Assembly (NCBI GenBank): GCA_036272475.1
Contig: DATAYP010000064.1
Location: 4,443-68,442 of the forward strand
Direction: 5' to 3'
Length of the DNA stretch: 64,000 nt
Source: Solirubrobacteraceae bacterium
GTDB lineage: Bacteria; Actinomycetota; Thermoleophilia; Solirubrobacterales; Solirubrobacteraceae
The translations under genes and the position numbers were made by a program. Numbering within the stretch: the first letter of the stretch is position 1; every line of letters begins with the position of its first letter. The notes beneath the pieces are model-generated. The model ran no database searches. It had not been told where the DNA came from and worked only from the letters and a program-made list of their open reading frames with translations. Below are positions 46,093 through 54,283 of the stretch, piece by piece.

Positions 46093-46160
46093 CGATGATA
46101 GGCTGCCGCGACTAGAACGATCTATCAAATATCCGGCCCAGCCCCGTATGGAGGTCAAAG

Positions 46161-46997
46161 ATGCCCGCGGTAGAGCTCTCATCCGGCACGATCGAGTACG
46201 AGGACACCGGCGGCGACGGGCCGACGATCGTACTCCTGCACGGGCTGATCATGGACGGCTCGCTGTGGCGACATGTCGTCGGCGAGCTGCGCACCGGCCA
46301 CCGCTGCATCTCTCCTACGCTTCCGCTCGGCGCACATCGCGTTCCGATGCGCGCCGATGCCGACCTCTCGATGGCCGGGATCGCCGCGATCGTCGGCGAG
46401 CTGATCGAGGCGCTCGACCTGCGCGAGCTGACGCTCGCGATGAACGACTGGGGCGGCGCGCAGCTGCTCATCGGGGGCCCGCAGGACGCGCGCATCGCAC
46501 GCCTCGCGCTGTGCTCGTGCGAGGCGTTCGACAACGTCCCGCCGAAGGGCGCGGCGCGCGCGCTCCCGTACATCGCGCGGCTGCCGGGCGGCATGGCGGC
46601 GGCGCTGCTGCCGTTTCGCTTCGACCGCCTGCGGCGGCTGCCCGTGACCTACGGGCCGCTGAGCAAGCGCCCGGTGCCTCGCGAGGTGATGGATCGCTGG
46701 TTCGCTCCGATCGCAGAGCAGCCGGAGATCCGTCGCGACCTTCGCAAGTACGTGCTCAGCGCCCCACAGGGGCGACGGGAGCTGCTCGCGGCCAGCGAGG
46801 CGCTGCGCTCCTTCGAGCGCCCGGCGCTCGTGGCGTGGGCCAGCGAAGATCGCCTGATGCCGCGCGAGCACGGCCGCCGGCTCTCCGAGCTGCTTCCGCG
46901 TGCCGAGCTTGTGGAGATCGAGGACTCCTACACGCTGATCCCGGAGGACCAGCCTGCTGCGCTCGCGGGGCATCTGCGAGCGTTGATGGCCCGCTGA
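46161..46997 (+). CDS. alpha/beta hydrolase
   Basis: GGAGG RBS. Motifs: IVLLHGLIMDGSLW, MNDWGG, SYTLIPEDQP. Confidence 0.85.
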   Translation: MPAVELSSGTIEYEDTGGDGPTIVLLHGLIMDGSLWRHVVGELRTGHRCISPTLPLGAHRVPMRADADLSMAGIAAIVGELIEALDLRELTLAMNDWGGAQLLIGGPQDARIARLALCSCEAFDNVPPKGAARALPYIARLPGGMAAALLPFRFDRLRRLPVTYGPLSKRPVPREVMDRWFAPIAEQPEIRRDLRKYVLSAPQGRRELLAASEALRSFERPALVAWASEDRLMPREHGRRLSELLPRAELVEIEDSYTLIPEDQPAALAGHLRALMAR

Positions 46998-47036
46998 GCT
47001 GCCGCCGGGCCGGCTCGGCGCCCGCGGCTCTCGGGT

Positions 47037-47393
47037 TCAGGACGGGTCCTGGGACGTGTAGGGGTCGTCCTCGCCGCGCAGGTCGCGGTATCGGCGGTCG
47101 AAGAGCTCGAGCACCGCCGTGACGTCGGAAGGACCGTTGACGGTGTGGCTCACGACGTCGGAGTCGGGCATCGAGGAGAGGGGCTCCGCGTCGCCATGCT
47201 CGACGAGCTCGTTGCGCTCGGCAGGTGAGAACCGCAGCGACACGACACCGTTGTCGGGGTCGAGCAGGCCGAGCTCGAGCTGCTCGTAACGGACGACCGC
47301 CCCTCCGCCGGGATGCGCCTCGATGTGAACGCCGGGCCACGTCTCGAGCTCGTTCGCGATCTCGTCGACGAGGGCTGCGTCGGGCATCTTCAA
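47037..47393 (-). CDS. small 'luciferase family'/DUF5519-like protein (assignment from memory, moderate)
   Basis: 118 aa with ELETWPGVHIE....VSLRFSPAERNELVEHGDAE. The start lies 8 nt after the encapsulin stop on the same strand. Confidence 0.65.
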   Translation of the reverse strand: MKMPDAALVDEIANELETWPGVHIEAHPGGGAVVRYEQLELGLLDPDNGVVSLRFSPAERNELVEHGDAEPLSSMPDSDVVSHTVNGPSDVTAVLELFDRRYRDLRGEDDPYTSQDPS

Positions 47394-47400
47394 GCCAACC

Positions 47401-48204
47401 TCATGGCGAGAGCGCCACGGCAGCCTCTGCTGTCAGGACGCGGAAGGTGAAGCTCTCGACCAGATACAGATCGACCGTGTCGGCATCGTGGCGCTCGTAG
47501 CCGATCGAGAGGTCGTCGCCGACATCGAGCACGAAGTCGCCGCCGCGCTGGCTGACGACGACGGCGCCGTCGACGCCGGGAGCCCAGACGAGCGGACCTC
47601 CGATGATCTGTCGCAGGTGCTGGAACAGCGGATAGCCGCCGTGCTCGGTCGTCTCGAGCACACGCGTGTAGGCGTCGGGGCCGAGCGCGAGTCCGTACGG
47701 ACCGCCGATGCCCGCGCTCAGCAGCACCTCGACGGCATGGGCGACGTGGCGGGGGTAGCGCTCGCAGTCCTCGCCGAGCGAGATCGGGTCGTGCGCCGAG
47801 CTCTCGGCGAGGCCGACGATGCCCGCGCCGTGCCATCCGTGGAAGACGGCTCGGTTCTCGCCGGTGGCAATGCGGCGTGCCGCGTCGTCGAGCGGCCCCA
47901 GGTCCACGTCGCGCGCGCCGCGGTCGGCGTCTTCGAGCTCGTCGCGCTCGAGCGAGAAGGGAGACCTCAGCTCGACCAGCGCCATGACGCGCCGCTGGGC
48001 GGCTGTGAGGCCGTCGCTCGGGGTGTCGGCGAGCGGCTGCACGCGGCCGACGTTCGCGGAGGAGTGCTCCCAGCCATGCGGCCCGGAGAAGTCGACGAGC
48101 TTGCGTGCGGCGAGCGCAGGCTCCAGACGCTCGCGGGCCTCGCCACCGAGCAGCTCCCAGCCGGCCTGCGTGATCGGAGCGTGCTCTTGGAGCAGGTGGC
48201 TCAT
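47401..48204 (-). CDS. family 1 encapsulin nanocompartment shell protein
   Basis: HAPITQAGWELLGGEARERLEPALAARKLVDFSGPHGWEHSS..., GGPYGLALGPDAY, VESFTFRVLTAEA. The length (267 aa) and pattern match linocin-M18-type encapsulins. Confidence 0.9.
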   Translation of the reverse strand: MSHLLQEHAPITQAGWELLGGEARERLEPALAARKLVDFSGPHGWEHSSANVGRVQPLADTPSDGLTAAQRRVMALVELRSPFSLERDELEDADRGARDVDLGPLDDAARRIATGENRAVFHGWHGAGIVGLAESSAHDPISLGEDCERYPRHVAHAVEVLLSAGIGGPYGLALGPDAYTRVLETTEHGGYPLFQHLRQIIGGPLVWAPGVDGAVVVSQRGGDFVLDVGDDLSIGYERHDADTVDLYLVESFTFRVLTAEAAVALSP

Positions 48205-48593
48205 GAGGCCAAGCCGCGCAGTCCGCCGATGCCAAGCGACGTGGTTCCGGCCACTGGCGCGCCGCGCTCGGCGGCACCCTCGACGGCCTCCTCCTCGGCC
48301 TCCTCGCCATGCTCGACGATGCTGCCCTGCTGGAAGAGGATGCCGAGCGCGATCTCGCGCCAGAGCGGAGTCCGCCGCAGGAGGAACTCGAGGTCCATGC
48401 AGAAGTGCTTGAACTCCTCGCCCTGCGCATCGAGCATCACGCCGCGGGCTTCGCGGTCACGCTCCACCGCGAGGCGCTGCTCGTACCAGCCGATCGCTTC
48501 GGCCTCCTCTGTCAGCGAGGCGCAGAGTCGCGCGAACGTCCTCGTCTCCTCCGGGAGCTCGTCTGCGGGCTCGTGGTACTGATCAAAGCCCAT
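48201..48593 (-). CDS. encapsulated ferritin-like cargo protein (EncFtn) with a C-terminal targeting peptide
   Basis: Motifs: EAEAIGWYEQR, EEFKHFCMDLEFL. The C-terminal SLGIGGLRG matches the encapsulin targeting consensus. ATGA overlap with the shell gene. Confidence 0.85.
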   Translation of the reverse strand: MGFDQYHEPADELPEETRTFARLCASLTEEAEAIGWYEQRLAVERDREARGVMLDAQGEEFKHFCMDLEFLLRRTPLWREIALGILFQQGSIVEHGEEAEEEAVEGAAERGAPVAGTTSLGIGGLRGLAS

Positions 48594-48758
48594 CGGCGCA
48601 TCGTCGCACAAGCGGCGCGATCGCGGCCCGCAGCGCGCATCTGTCAGGAGAGGGCTGCGCCTCCCCTCACGAGCCCGGCTGGTCCCCGGCGTCAGGCGCG
48701 GGACGCCGGGCCCGAGTGGGGCTGCGCCCCGCCGCACGGAGATCGTCACGATGGGCCT

Positions 48759-49367
48759 GTGCGCCGCCTGGGACCACCGTTCTCGACGCTGGCGCTGCTC
48801 GCCGCGCTGCATCCCCACGCGCGGAACTCGGGTGTCGACTACGCCGGCGTGTTCCTGGCCGCGCTCGCCACTTGGACGTTCGTCCCCGGGCCCGGTGAGG
48901 CGGTGCTGATCGCCGCGGGGATCTCCGCGGCGCACCACCACCTGAGCCTCGCCTCGGTGCTGCTGGTGGCCTGGGCGGGGGCGGTGACGGGAGCGGCGCT
49001 CGCGTGGGTGTTCGGCATGAAGGCCGGGCGCGCGCTGCTCACGGCTCCGGGACCGCTTCACCGGCTGCGCCTCGCGATGATCGCGCGCGGCGAGCGCTTC
49101 TACGAGCGCTACGGCCCGATCGCAGTGTTCTTCACGCCGGCGTGGGTCGCCGGCATCCACGACATGCGCTGGTCGCGGTTTCTTCCGGCGAGCGCGGCGG
49201 CGGCGCTTGCGTGGGCGCTGTTCATCGGCCTGGGCGCGTACTTCGTGGGCCCTTCGATCGCCGACATCGCGGCAGACGCGGGGCTCGCGGGCGCAGCGTT
49301 GTTCGGCCTGCTCGTGATCGTCGCGGTGGTGCTGGTGTGGCGGCGCAGGGCGCGGAGGTCGGGCTGA
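48759..49367 (+). CDS. DedA/VTT-domain membrane protein (GTG start tentative)
   Basis: Motifs: FLAALATWTFVPGPGEAVLIAAG, AWAGAVTGAALAWVFGMKAGRALL. Confidence 0.7.
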   Translation: MRRLGPPFSTLALLAALHPHARNSGVDYAGVFLAALATWTFVPGPGEAVLIAAGISAAHHHLSLASVLLVAWAGAVTGAALAWVFGMKAGRALLTAPGPLHRLRLAMIARGERFYERYGPIAVFFTPAWVAGIHDMRWSRFLPASAAAALAWALFIGLGAYFVGPSIADIAADAGLAGAALFGLLVIVAVVLVWRRRARRSG

Positions 49368-49422
49368 GCGCGGAGACGATCGGCGCCGGTCCCACGCTCA
49401 GACCGAGCCGCTCGCGCGAGCC

Positions 49423-50118
49423 CTACTCCGGCGGCGCTCCATCGCGGGGCACCCATCCGAATGCGTTCTCGAACGAATGGACCCGCCCCGCGTTGTCCGA
49501 GACCGCCACGAACGCCGTCGAGCCGTGCTCTAGCTTCCGATCGAGCGCCGCTTCCACCGCCGCCGCGCAATCTCTGTGGCTCAGCCACACCTTCCGCTCG
49601 TCGGGGTCCTTTGCCGGCGGCGTGTCGTGCGCATTCACGCCGCCGAAGCGAATCGCGACGGTCTCGAGTCCGCTGATCGCTGCCCACCGGCACATGGCCT
49701 CCCCGAACAGCTTGGACGCCCCGTATGGGCTGTCGGGCACCGGCGCCCGCTCCGCCTCGGCGCCGAGGATCGTGTGGGGCAGCTCCGCCAGCGGCGCGGG
49801 AGCGGGAGCGAACGCGTGGGCGTGGACGGAGCTCGCGAACACGAAACGCCGGACCCCTCCATCGACGGCGGCGCTGAGCATGTTGAAGACCATCAGCGCG
49901 TTCTCGCTGCTGTATCCACCGGAGCGAAACTCTTCGGCCCTGATGTTCCAAGCCAGATGGACGACTTTCTCGCAACCGGCGACAGCCTCGCGCGCGAGAG
50001 CCGGATCGCGCAGATCCGTCTCGGGCAGGTCGGCCAGACGGAGCTCTCGGCCGGCGAGACGTGACGCGAGCACGCTGCCTATGACTCCGCGTCCGCCTGT
50101 GATCAGGACAGTGGGCAA
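49423..50118 (-). CDS. NAD-dependent epimerase/dehydratase family protein
   Basis: Motifs: VLITGGRGVIGS, VHLAW, YGASKLFGE (YxxxK). Confidence 0.85.
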   Translation of the reverse strand: MPTVLITGGRGVIGSVLASRLAGRELRLADLPETDLRDPALAREAVAGCEKVVHLAWNIRAEEFRSGGYSSENALMVFNMLSAAVDGGVRRFVFASSVHAHAFAPAPAPLAELPHTILGAEAERAPVPDSPYGASKLFGEAMCRWAAISGLETVAIRFGGVNAHDTPPAKDPDERKVWLSHRDCAAAVEAALDRKLEHGSTAFVAVSDNAGRVHSFENAFGWVPRDGAPPE

Positions 50119-50144
50119 GCGCAGTCAGTGAACGGGTTGGAAGG

Positions 50145-50218
50145 GGTGAGCGAGGGGACTCGAACCCCCGACCGCCTGGACCACAACCAGGAGCTCTACC
50201 AACTGAGCTACGCCCACC
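50145..50218 (-). tRNA. tRNA-His (anticodon GTG) with encoded G-1; CCA not encoded
   Basis: Hand fold: G-1 + GTGGGCG / GCTCAGTTGGTAGAGC / CCTGG-TTGTGGT-CCAGG / GGGGG-TTCGAGT-CCCCT / CGCTCAC + C73. Confidence 0.9.
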
Positions 50219-50240
50219 ACGTGTGCGAGACAGGCGCAGT

Positions 50241-50774
50241 CTAGCGGTCGTCGGGCCCGCCGGCCGGCGTGCGCGGGCTGCCGAGCGCCGCTTCGGCGAG
50301 CGCCAGCGTCTCGCTCGGAGTCAGTCCCGGCTGCTCGGCGGAGGCCTCGCGCCAGGCGGCGAGCAGGCGACCCGGATCATCGCCCAGCAGCGAGGCGAGC
50401 TGCACGCCCAGAGCCAGCGGATCGCTGATCGGCGCCGCGGCTCCCACCGAGTGCTGCGGCGGCTGCGGCTCGGACTCGGAGCGCGCCCCCGTCGCGCCGG
50501 CGAGCGCCTGGCCGGCGGCCGCGGTCACCCTCGCCGTGACGTCCTGGCCGTGGCGCTCGGCCGCGCGCCACCCCCTCCCCATCGACAGCTGCTGGAGCTC
50601 GAGCTGTGGACCTTCGAGCACCGTCAAGGTCGCCTCGTGGGGGCTCCACTTGCGTTCGCCGAGCTCGAGCGGCTTTTCGAGCACCCATGGCGCGAGCAGC
50701 GCGGCGAGCTCGCGTTCGCTGAGGTTGAAGCGGCAGAGGTTGTGGGGGAACTGACGCAGCTGGAGGTGGTACAT
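50241..50774 (-). CDS. hypothetical protein (177 aa: structured N-domain, disordered middle, short C-domain)
   Basis: ORF starting MYHLQLRQFPHNLCRFNLSERELAALLAPWV. No family recognised. Confidence 0.5.
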   Translation of the reverse strand: MYHLQLRQFPHNLCRFNLSERELAALLAPWVLEKPLELGERKWSPHEATLTVLEGPQLELQQLSMGRGWRAAERHGQDVTARVTAAAGQALAGATGARSESEPQPPQHSVGAAAPISDPLALGVQLASLLGDDPGRLLAAWREASAEQPGLTPSETLALAEAALGSPRTPAGGPDDR

Positions 50775-50833
50775 GCAACTCACAGGCTCGCACGTCACCG
50801 CCCGAGCCGCGCGCGCGTGGCATATTCCCAGAG

Positions 50834-51757
50834 GTGGGGGCCGCAGCCGAGACGCGCGCAACGGGGGCGCAGCTGCCGCTGCCTGGCGGAGATCCGCGGG
50901 CGACGCTGACGCTGCGGCCGCTGCTCTGCGCCGAGATGCTCGCACCGCCCGGCTGGTTCGTGCGCGTCGACGGGCCCACTGCGGCGCTGAGGGCGCTCGG
51001 GGTCGGCGTGCCGGCCAGGGATCGGATCAGGGTCCCGGTCGTGGGGTTCCTGCTCGAGCATCCGAGCGCCGGCCCGGTGCTCGTGGACACCGGCTTTCAC
51101 CGCTCGGTCGCGGTCGGGCCGTCGGGCGAACGCGCGCGCAATCTCGGGTCGATCGGACGCGTGATGAGCCGTGCGGTGCAGATGCGTCCCGAGCAGACGG
51201 TTCTCGAGCAGCTCGGGGCCCTCGGGATCGGCGCCGGCGAGATACCGCTGGTCGTGATGACCCACCTGCACTTCGACCACGCCAGCGCCCTCTGCGACTT
51301 CCCGGACGCGACCGTGCTCCTCGCGCGGGCGGAGTGGGACTCGGCGACGGGCCGGGGCGCCGCGCTGCGTGGCTACTCGCGGGCACAGCTCGACCCGCGG
51401 CCGAGCTACGTGACCGTCGACTTCGCGGCCCAAGGGACGCCCGACGGGCCGTTCACCCGCACGCTCGACGTTTTCGGCGACGGCTCGCTGATGCTCGTCT
51501 CCACGCCGGGGCACAGCGCGGGCCACCTCTCGATCGTCGTCCGCCTCGCCGGCCGCGAGGCGCTGCTCACCGGCGACGCGGCGTACACGCTCGGCACGCT
51601 GCGCGGCGACGAGCGGCCCTGGCGTTCGGAGGACGGCGCGGCGTTCGAGCGAAGCCTCGCCGAGCTTCGCGCCTGGGATCGCGAGCATCCCGGCGCGCTC
51701 GTCGTGCCCGGACACGACATCGCGGCCTGGGAGGAGCTCGAGCCGCTCTACTCCTGA
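50834..51757 (+). CDS. MBL-fold metallo-hydrolase (N-acyl-homoserine-lactonase-like)
   Basis: Motifs: FLLEHPSAGPVLVDTGF, VMTHLHFDHAS (HxHxDH), TPGHSAGH, VPGHD. The GTG at 50834 lies 7 nt after CATATT, so the mRNA is possibly leaderless. Confidence 0.8.
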   Translation: MGAAAETRATGAQLPLPGGDPRATLTLRPLLCAEMLAPPGWFVRVDGPTAALRALGVGVPARDRIRVPVVGFLLEHPSAGPVLVDTGFHRSVAVGPSGERARNLGSIGRVMSRAVQMRPEQTVLEQLGALGIGAGEIPLVVMTHLHFDHASALCDFPDATVLLARAEWDSATGRGAALRGYSRAQLDPRPSYVTVDFAAQGTPDGPFTRTLDVFGDGSLMLVSTPGHSAGHLSIVVRLAGREALLTGDAAYTLGTLRGDERPWRSEDGAAFERSLAELRAWDREHPGALVVPGHDIAAWEELEPLYS

Positions 51758-52623
51758 GCGGGAGCCGCCGCCGGCGCCCCGGCCGACTCGCCCGCTGCGA
51801 GTCGCTCGCGCATCACGCGCACCGCCTCTGGGTTGGAGTCGATCAACACGTACCGGCGCCCGAGCTTCGCCGCGACGGCGCCCAGCGTGCCGCTGCCCGC
51901 GAAGAAGTCGAGGCACCAGTCGCCGGGTCGGCTCGACGCCTGCACCATGCGGCGCACGATCCCCTCGGGCTTCTGGGTGGGGTAGCCGGTCTTCTCGCGG
52001 CCGCTCGTCGGCACGATCGTGTGCCACCAGACGTCTGTCGGCAGCTTGCCTCTCGCCGCCTTCTCGGCCGTCACGAGCCCCGGCGCCATGTAGGGCTCGC
52101 GATCGACCTCCTCGGAGTCGAAGAGATACGCATGGGGATCCTTGACGTAGACCAGGATCGTGTCGTGCTTCGCCGGCCAGCGCCGCCTCGTGCGGGCCCC
52201 GTAGTCATACGCCCACACGATCTCGTTGAGGAAGCACTCGCGTCCGAAGATCTCGTCGAGCAGGAGCTTGCAGTGGTGGGACTCGCGGTAGTCGATGTGG
52301 AAGTACAGCGTTCCCTCCCGAGCAAGCAGCCGGTGGGCATGCTCGAGACGCGGGGCGAGGAACGCGAGATAGTCCTCGAAGCTGTCCGAATAGGAGGAGC
52401 GCGCGAGCAGCTCGCTGCCATAGCGACGGCCGCCGAACCCGACGCGTCCGCCGTCCCGCTGCCGGACGGTGCGAAGCGTGTCCCGCACTTGGGACCTCCC
52501 GGTGTTGAAGGGCGGATCGATGTAGATGAGCTGGAACGCTCCGCCGGCGAAGGCGGGCAGCAGCTCGAGGCAGTCGCCCAGCAGGATCTGGTCGATCGCG
52601 GGCTCGTTCTCGCGTGCGATCAC
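51748..52623 (-). CDS. beta-class DNA methyltransferase (N6-adenine or N4-cytosine), orphan
   Basis: Motif IV IYIDPPFNTG comes before motif I LDFFAGSGTLG, and TQKPEGIV is present. No nuclease gene is adjacent. Confidence 0.85.
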   Translation of the reverse strand: MIARENEPAIDQILLGDCLELLPAFAGGAFQLIYIDPPFNTGRSQVRDTLRTVRQRDGGRVGFGGRRYGSELLARSSYSDSFEDYLAFLAPRLEHAHRLLAREGTLYFHIDYRESHHCKLLLDEIFGRECFLNEIVWAYDYGARTRRRWPAKHDTILVYVKDPHAYLFDSEEVDREPYMAPGLVTAEKAARGKLPTDVWWHTIVPTSGREKTGYPTQKPEGIVRRMVQASSRPGDWCLDFFAGSGTLGAVAAKLGRRYVLIDSNPEAVRVMRERLAAGESAGAPAAAPAQE

Positions 52624-52724
52624 GCGAACGAGGGTACGTTCGAGCGCAGATGGAGAAGAAAGCGCGGCGAGGCGTGCGGCGGTCGACCGCCGCTAAGGTC
52701 AGACCCTTGTTCACTGCACCGGCG

Positions 52725-54272
52725 ATGATCTCCGGCCTCTTATCGCGGGCGATCGCGGGGCGCGGCTCTCGCCCGATCGCTCGCCGCTCGCTCCTCGCGG
52801 CTGTGCTGCTCGCCGTCGCGGCGCTTGCAGCCGCGCTTCCCGGCCTGCTCAGCGGAGGCGCCGACGACGGTGACTCCGAGGCTCTGCCCACTGCCTCGCT
52901 GCCCGTGTCGGTGCTGGTCGACACGCGCCACCCGGGCCCGCAGGTCCGGGGGCGCTTCCTCGGGCTCTCATTCGAGGCCGCCGCGCTCACGCAGATCGCG
53001 AGGCTCGGCGATCGCGGCAACCTCGTCACGCTGCTGCGCTCGCTCGGCCCCGGCGTCCTGCGCTTCGGGGGCGTCTCGGCGGACACACAGGTTGCGTGGA
53101 CCGACCGCAGCACGCCGCGGCCGGCGTGGGCACGGCGCGCGATCGGACCTGCCGATCTGAGCGCGCTGGCGCGACTCGCGAGCGCAAGCGGATGGAAGGT
53201 GCTCCTCACGGTCGGCCTCGCCCACTACGAACCGCTCCCCGCGGCGCGCGAGGTTGCCGCCGCGCGAAGGGCGCTCGGGAGCCGCCTGGCAGGGATCGAG
53301 GTCGGCAACGAGCCCGACGCATATGGTGGCCATGCGATCAGACCGCTGCCGTGGACCTATGCGCAGTACAGCGCCGAGGTCTCCCGCTACCGCCGCGCGA
53401 TCGCGCGCACCGCGCACGGAGTGCGCCTCGCGGGACCCGGCGTATCGGGATCGAAGATATTCGCCGCGTGGGGGCGCGGCGAGGCGAGCAGCCAGCGGCC
53501 GGCGCTGCTCACGGGCCATCACTATCCACTCGGCTGCCACCAGCTCCCGCCGCCGTCGATCGAACGCCTGCTCAGCCTCCAGACACGCGAGCTCGAGGGG
53601 CGCTCCCTCGACCGGTTCATGTCGGTCTCGAGTTCGAGCTCGATCCGCTTCCGCATGGACGAGCTCGGCAGCGTCTCCTGCGGCGGCGCCGCCGGGATCA
53701 GCAACGCGTTCGCATCAGCGCTGTGGGCTACGGGCTACGTCGCGCAGGCGATGGCCAAGGGCGTCGCGGGAGTCAACTTCCAGGGCAACCCGGCCAACTG
53801 CTTCGGCTACGCACCCCTGTGCGCGCCAACGGCAGGGCGTCTGCAGGCGGGACTCCTCGACGCCCAGCCGGGCTGGTATGCGCTGCTGCTCACACGCAAG
53901 CTGATCGGCGCGCGACCCCTGCCGACGAAGCTGATCTCCGCCGGCCAGCCCAACATGATCGTTCGAGCGTTCCGCGCGGGCGACGGAGCGCTGCGCGTCG
54001 TCGTCGTCAACGACGAACCGCCGGGCGCACCCGCGGCGGCCCTGCGGATGCGCCTCGGGCGCCGCTATCCGCGAGCGGCCGTGCTGTCGCTCACGGCCCC
54101 CTCCCCGGCCGCGACGAGCGGCGTCCGGCTCGGCGGCCGCGTCGTGGCCCGCGACGGGACATGGCGCGAACCCTCGCAGACGCCCGTGATCGCCAGCCAT
54201 CGCGGAGCGCTCTCGTTGACGGTCGCGCCGAGCAGCGCCGTGCTGCTGACGATGCCCCAAGCGCACACCTAG
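52725..54272 (+). CDS. secreted glycoside hydrolase family 79-like protein
   Basis: N-terminal signal/anchor, then LRFGGVSAD, IEVGNEPD, and a C-terminal beta-domain pattern. Family assignment is moderate. Confidence 0.7.
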   Translation: MISGLLSRAIAGRGSRPIARRSLLAAVLLAVAALAAALPGLLSGGADDGDSEALPTASLPVSVLVDTRHPGPQVRGRFLGLSFEAAALTQIARLGDRGNLVTLLRSLGPGVLRFGGVSADTQVAWTDRSTPRPAWARRAIGPADLSALARLASASGWKVLLTVGLAHYEPLPAAREVAAARRALGSRLAGIEVGNEPDAYGGHAIRPLPWTYAQYSAEVSRYRRAIARTAHGVRLAGPGVSGSKIFAAWGRGEASSQRPALLTGHHYPLGCHQLPPPSIERLLSLQTRELEGRSLDRFMSVSSSSSIRFRMDELGSVSCGGAAGISNAFASALWATGYVAQAMAKGVAGVNFQGNPANCFGYAPLCAPTAGRLQAGLLDAQPGWYALLLTRKLIGARPLPTKLISAGQPNMIVRAFRAGDGALRVVVVNDEPPGAPAAALRMRLGRRYPRAAVLSLTAPSPAATSGVRLGGRVVARDGTWREPSQTPVIASHRGALSLTVAPSSAVLLTMPQAHT

Positions 54273-54283
54273 CAGCGGGCGAG

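Noticed and set aside
46126-46134. A shared AT-rich 9-mer, CAAATATCC, upstream of two TetR-associated genes (also at 57663-57671).
   Set aside because: A single 9-nt match between two AT-rich promoter regions is not distinguishable from chance without genome-wide statistics.
49423-50218. A genomic island integrated at tRNA-His.
   Set aside because: There is no integrase, no direct repeat of the tRNA 3' end, and no compositional break that I could see on the 3' side of the tRNA.
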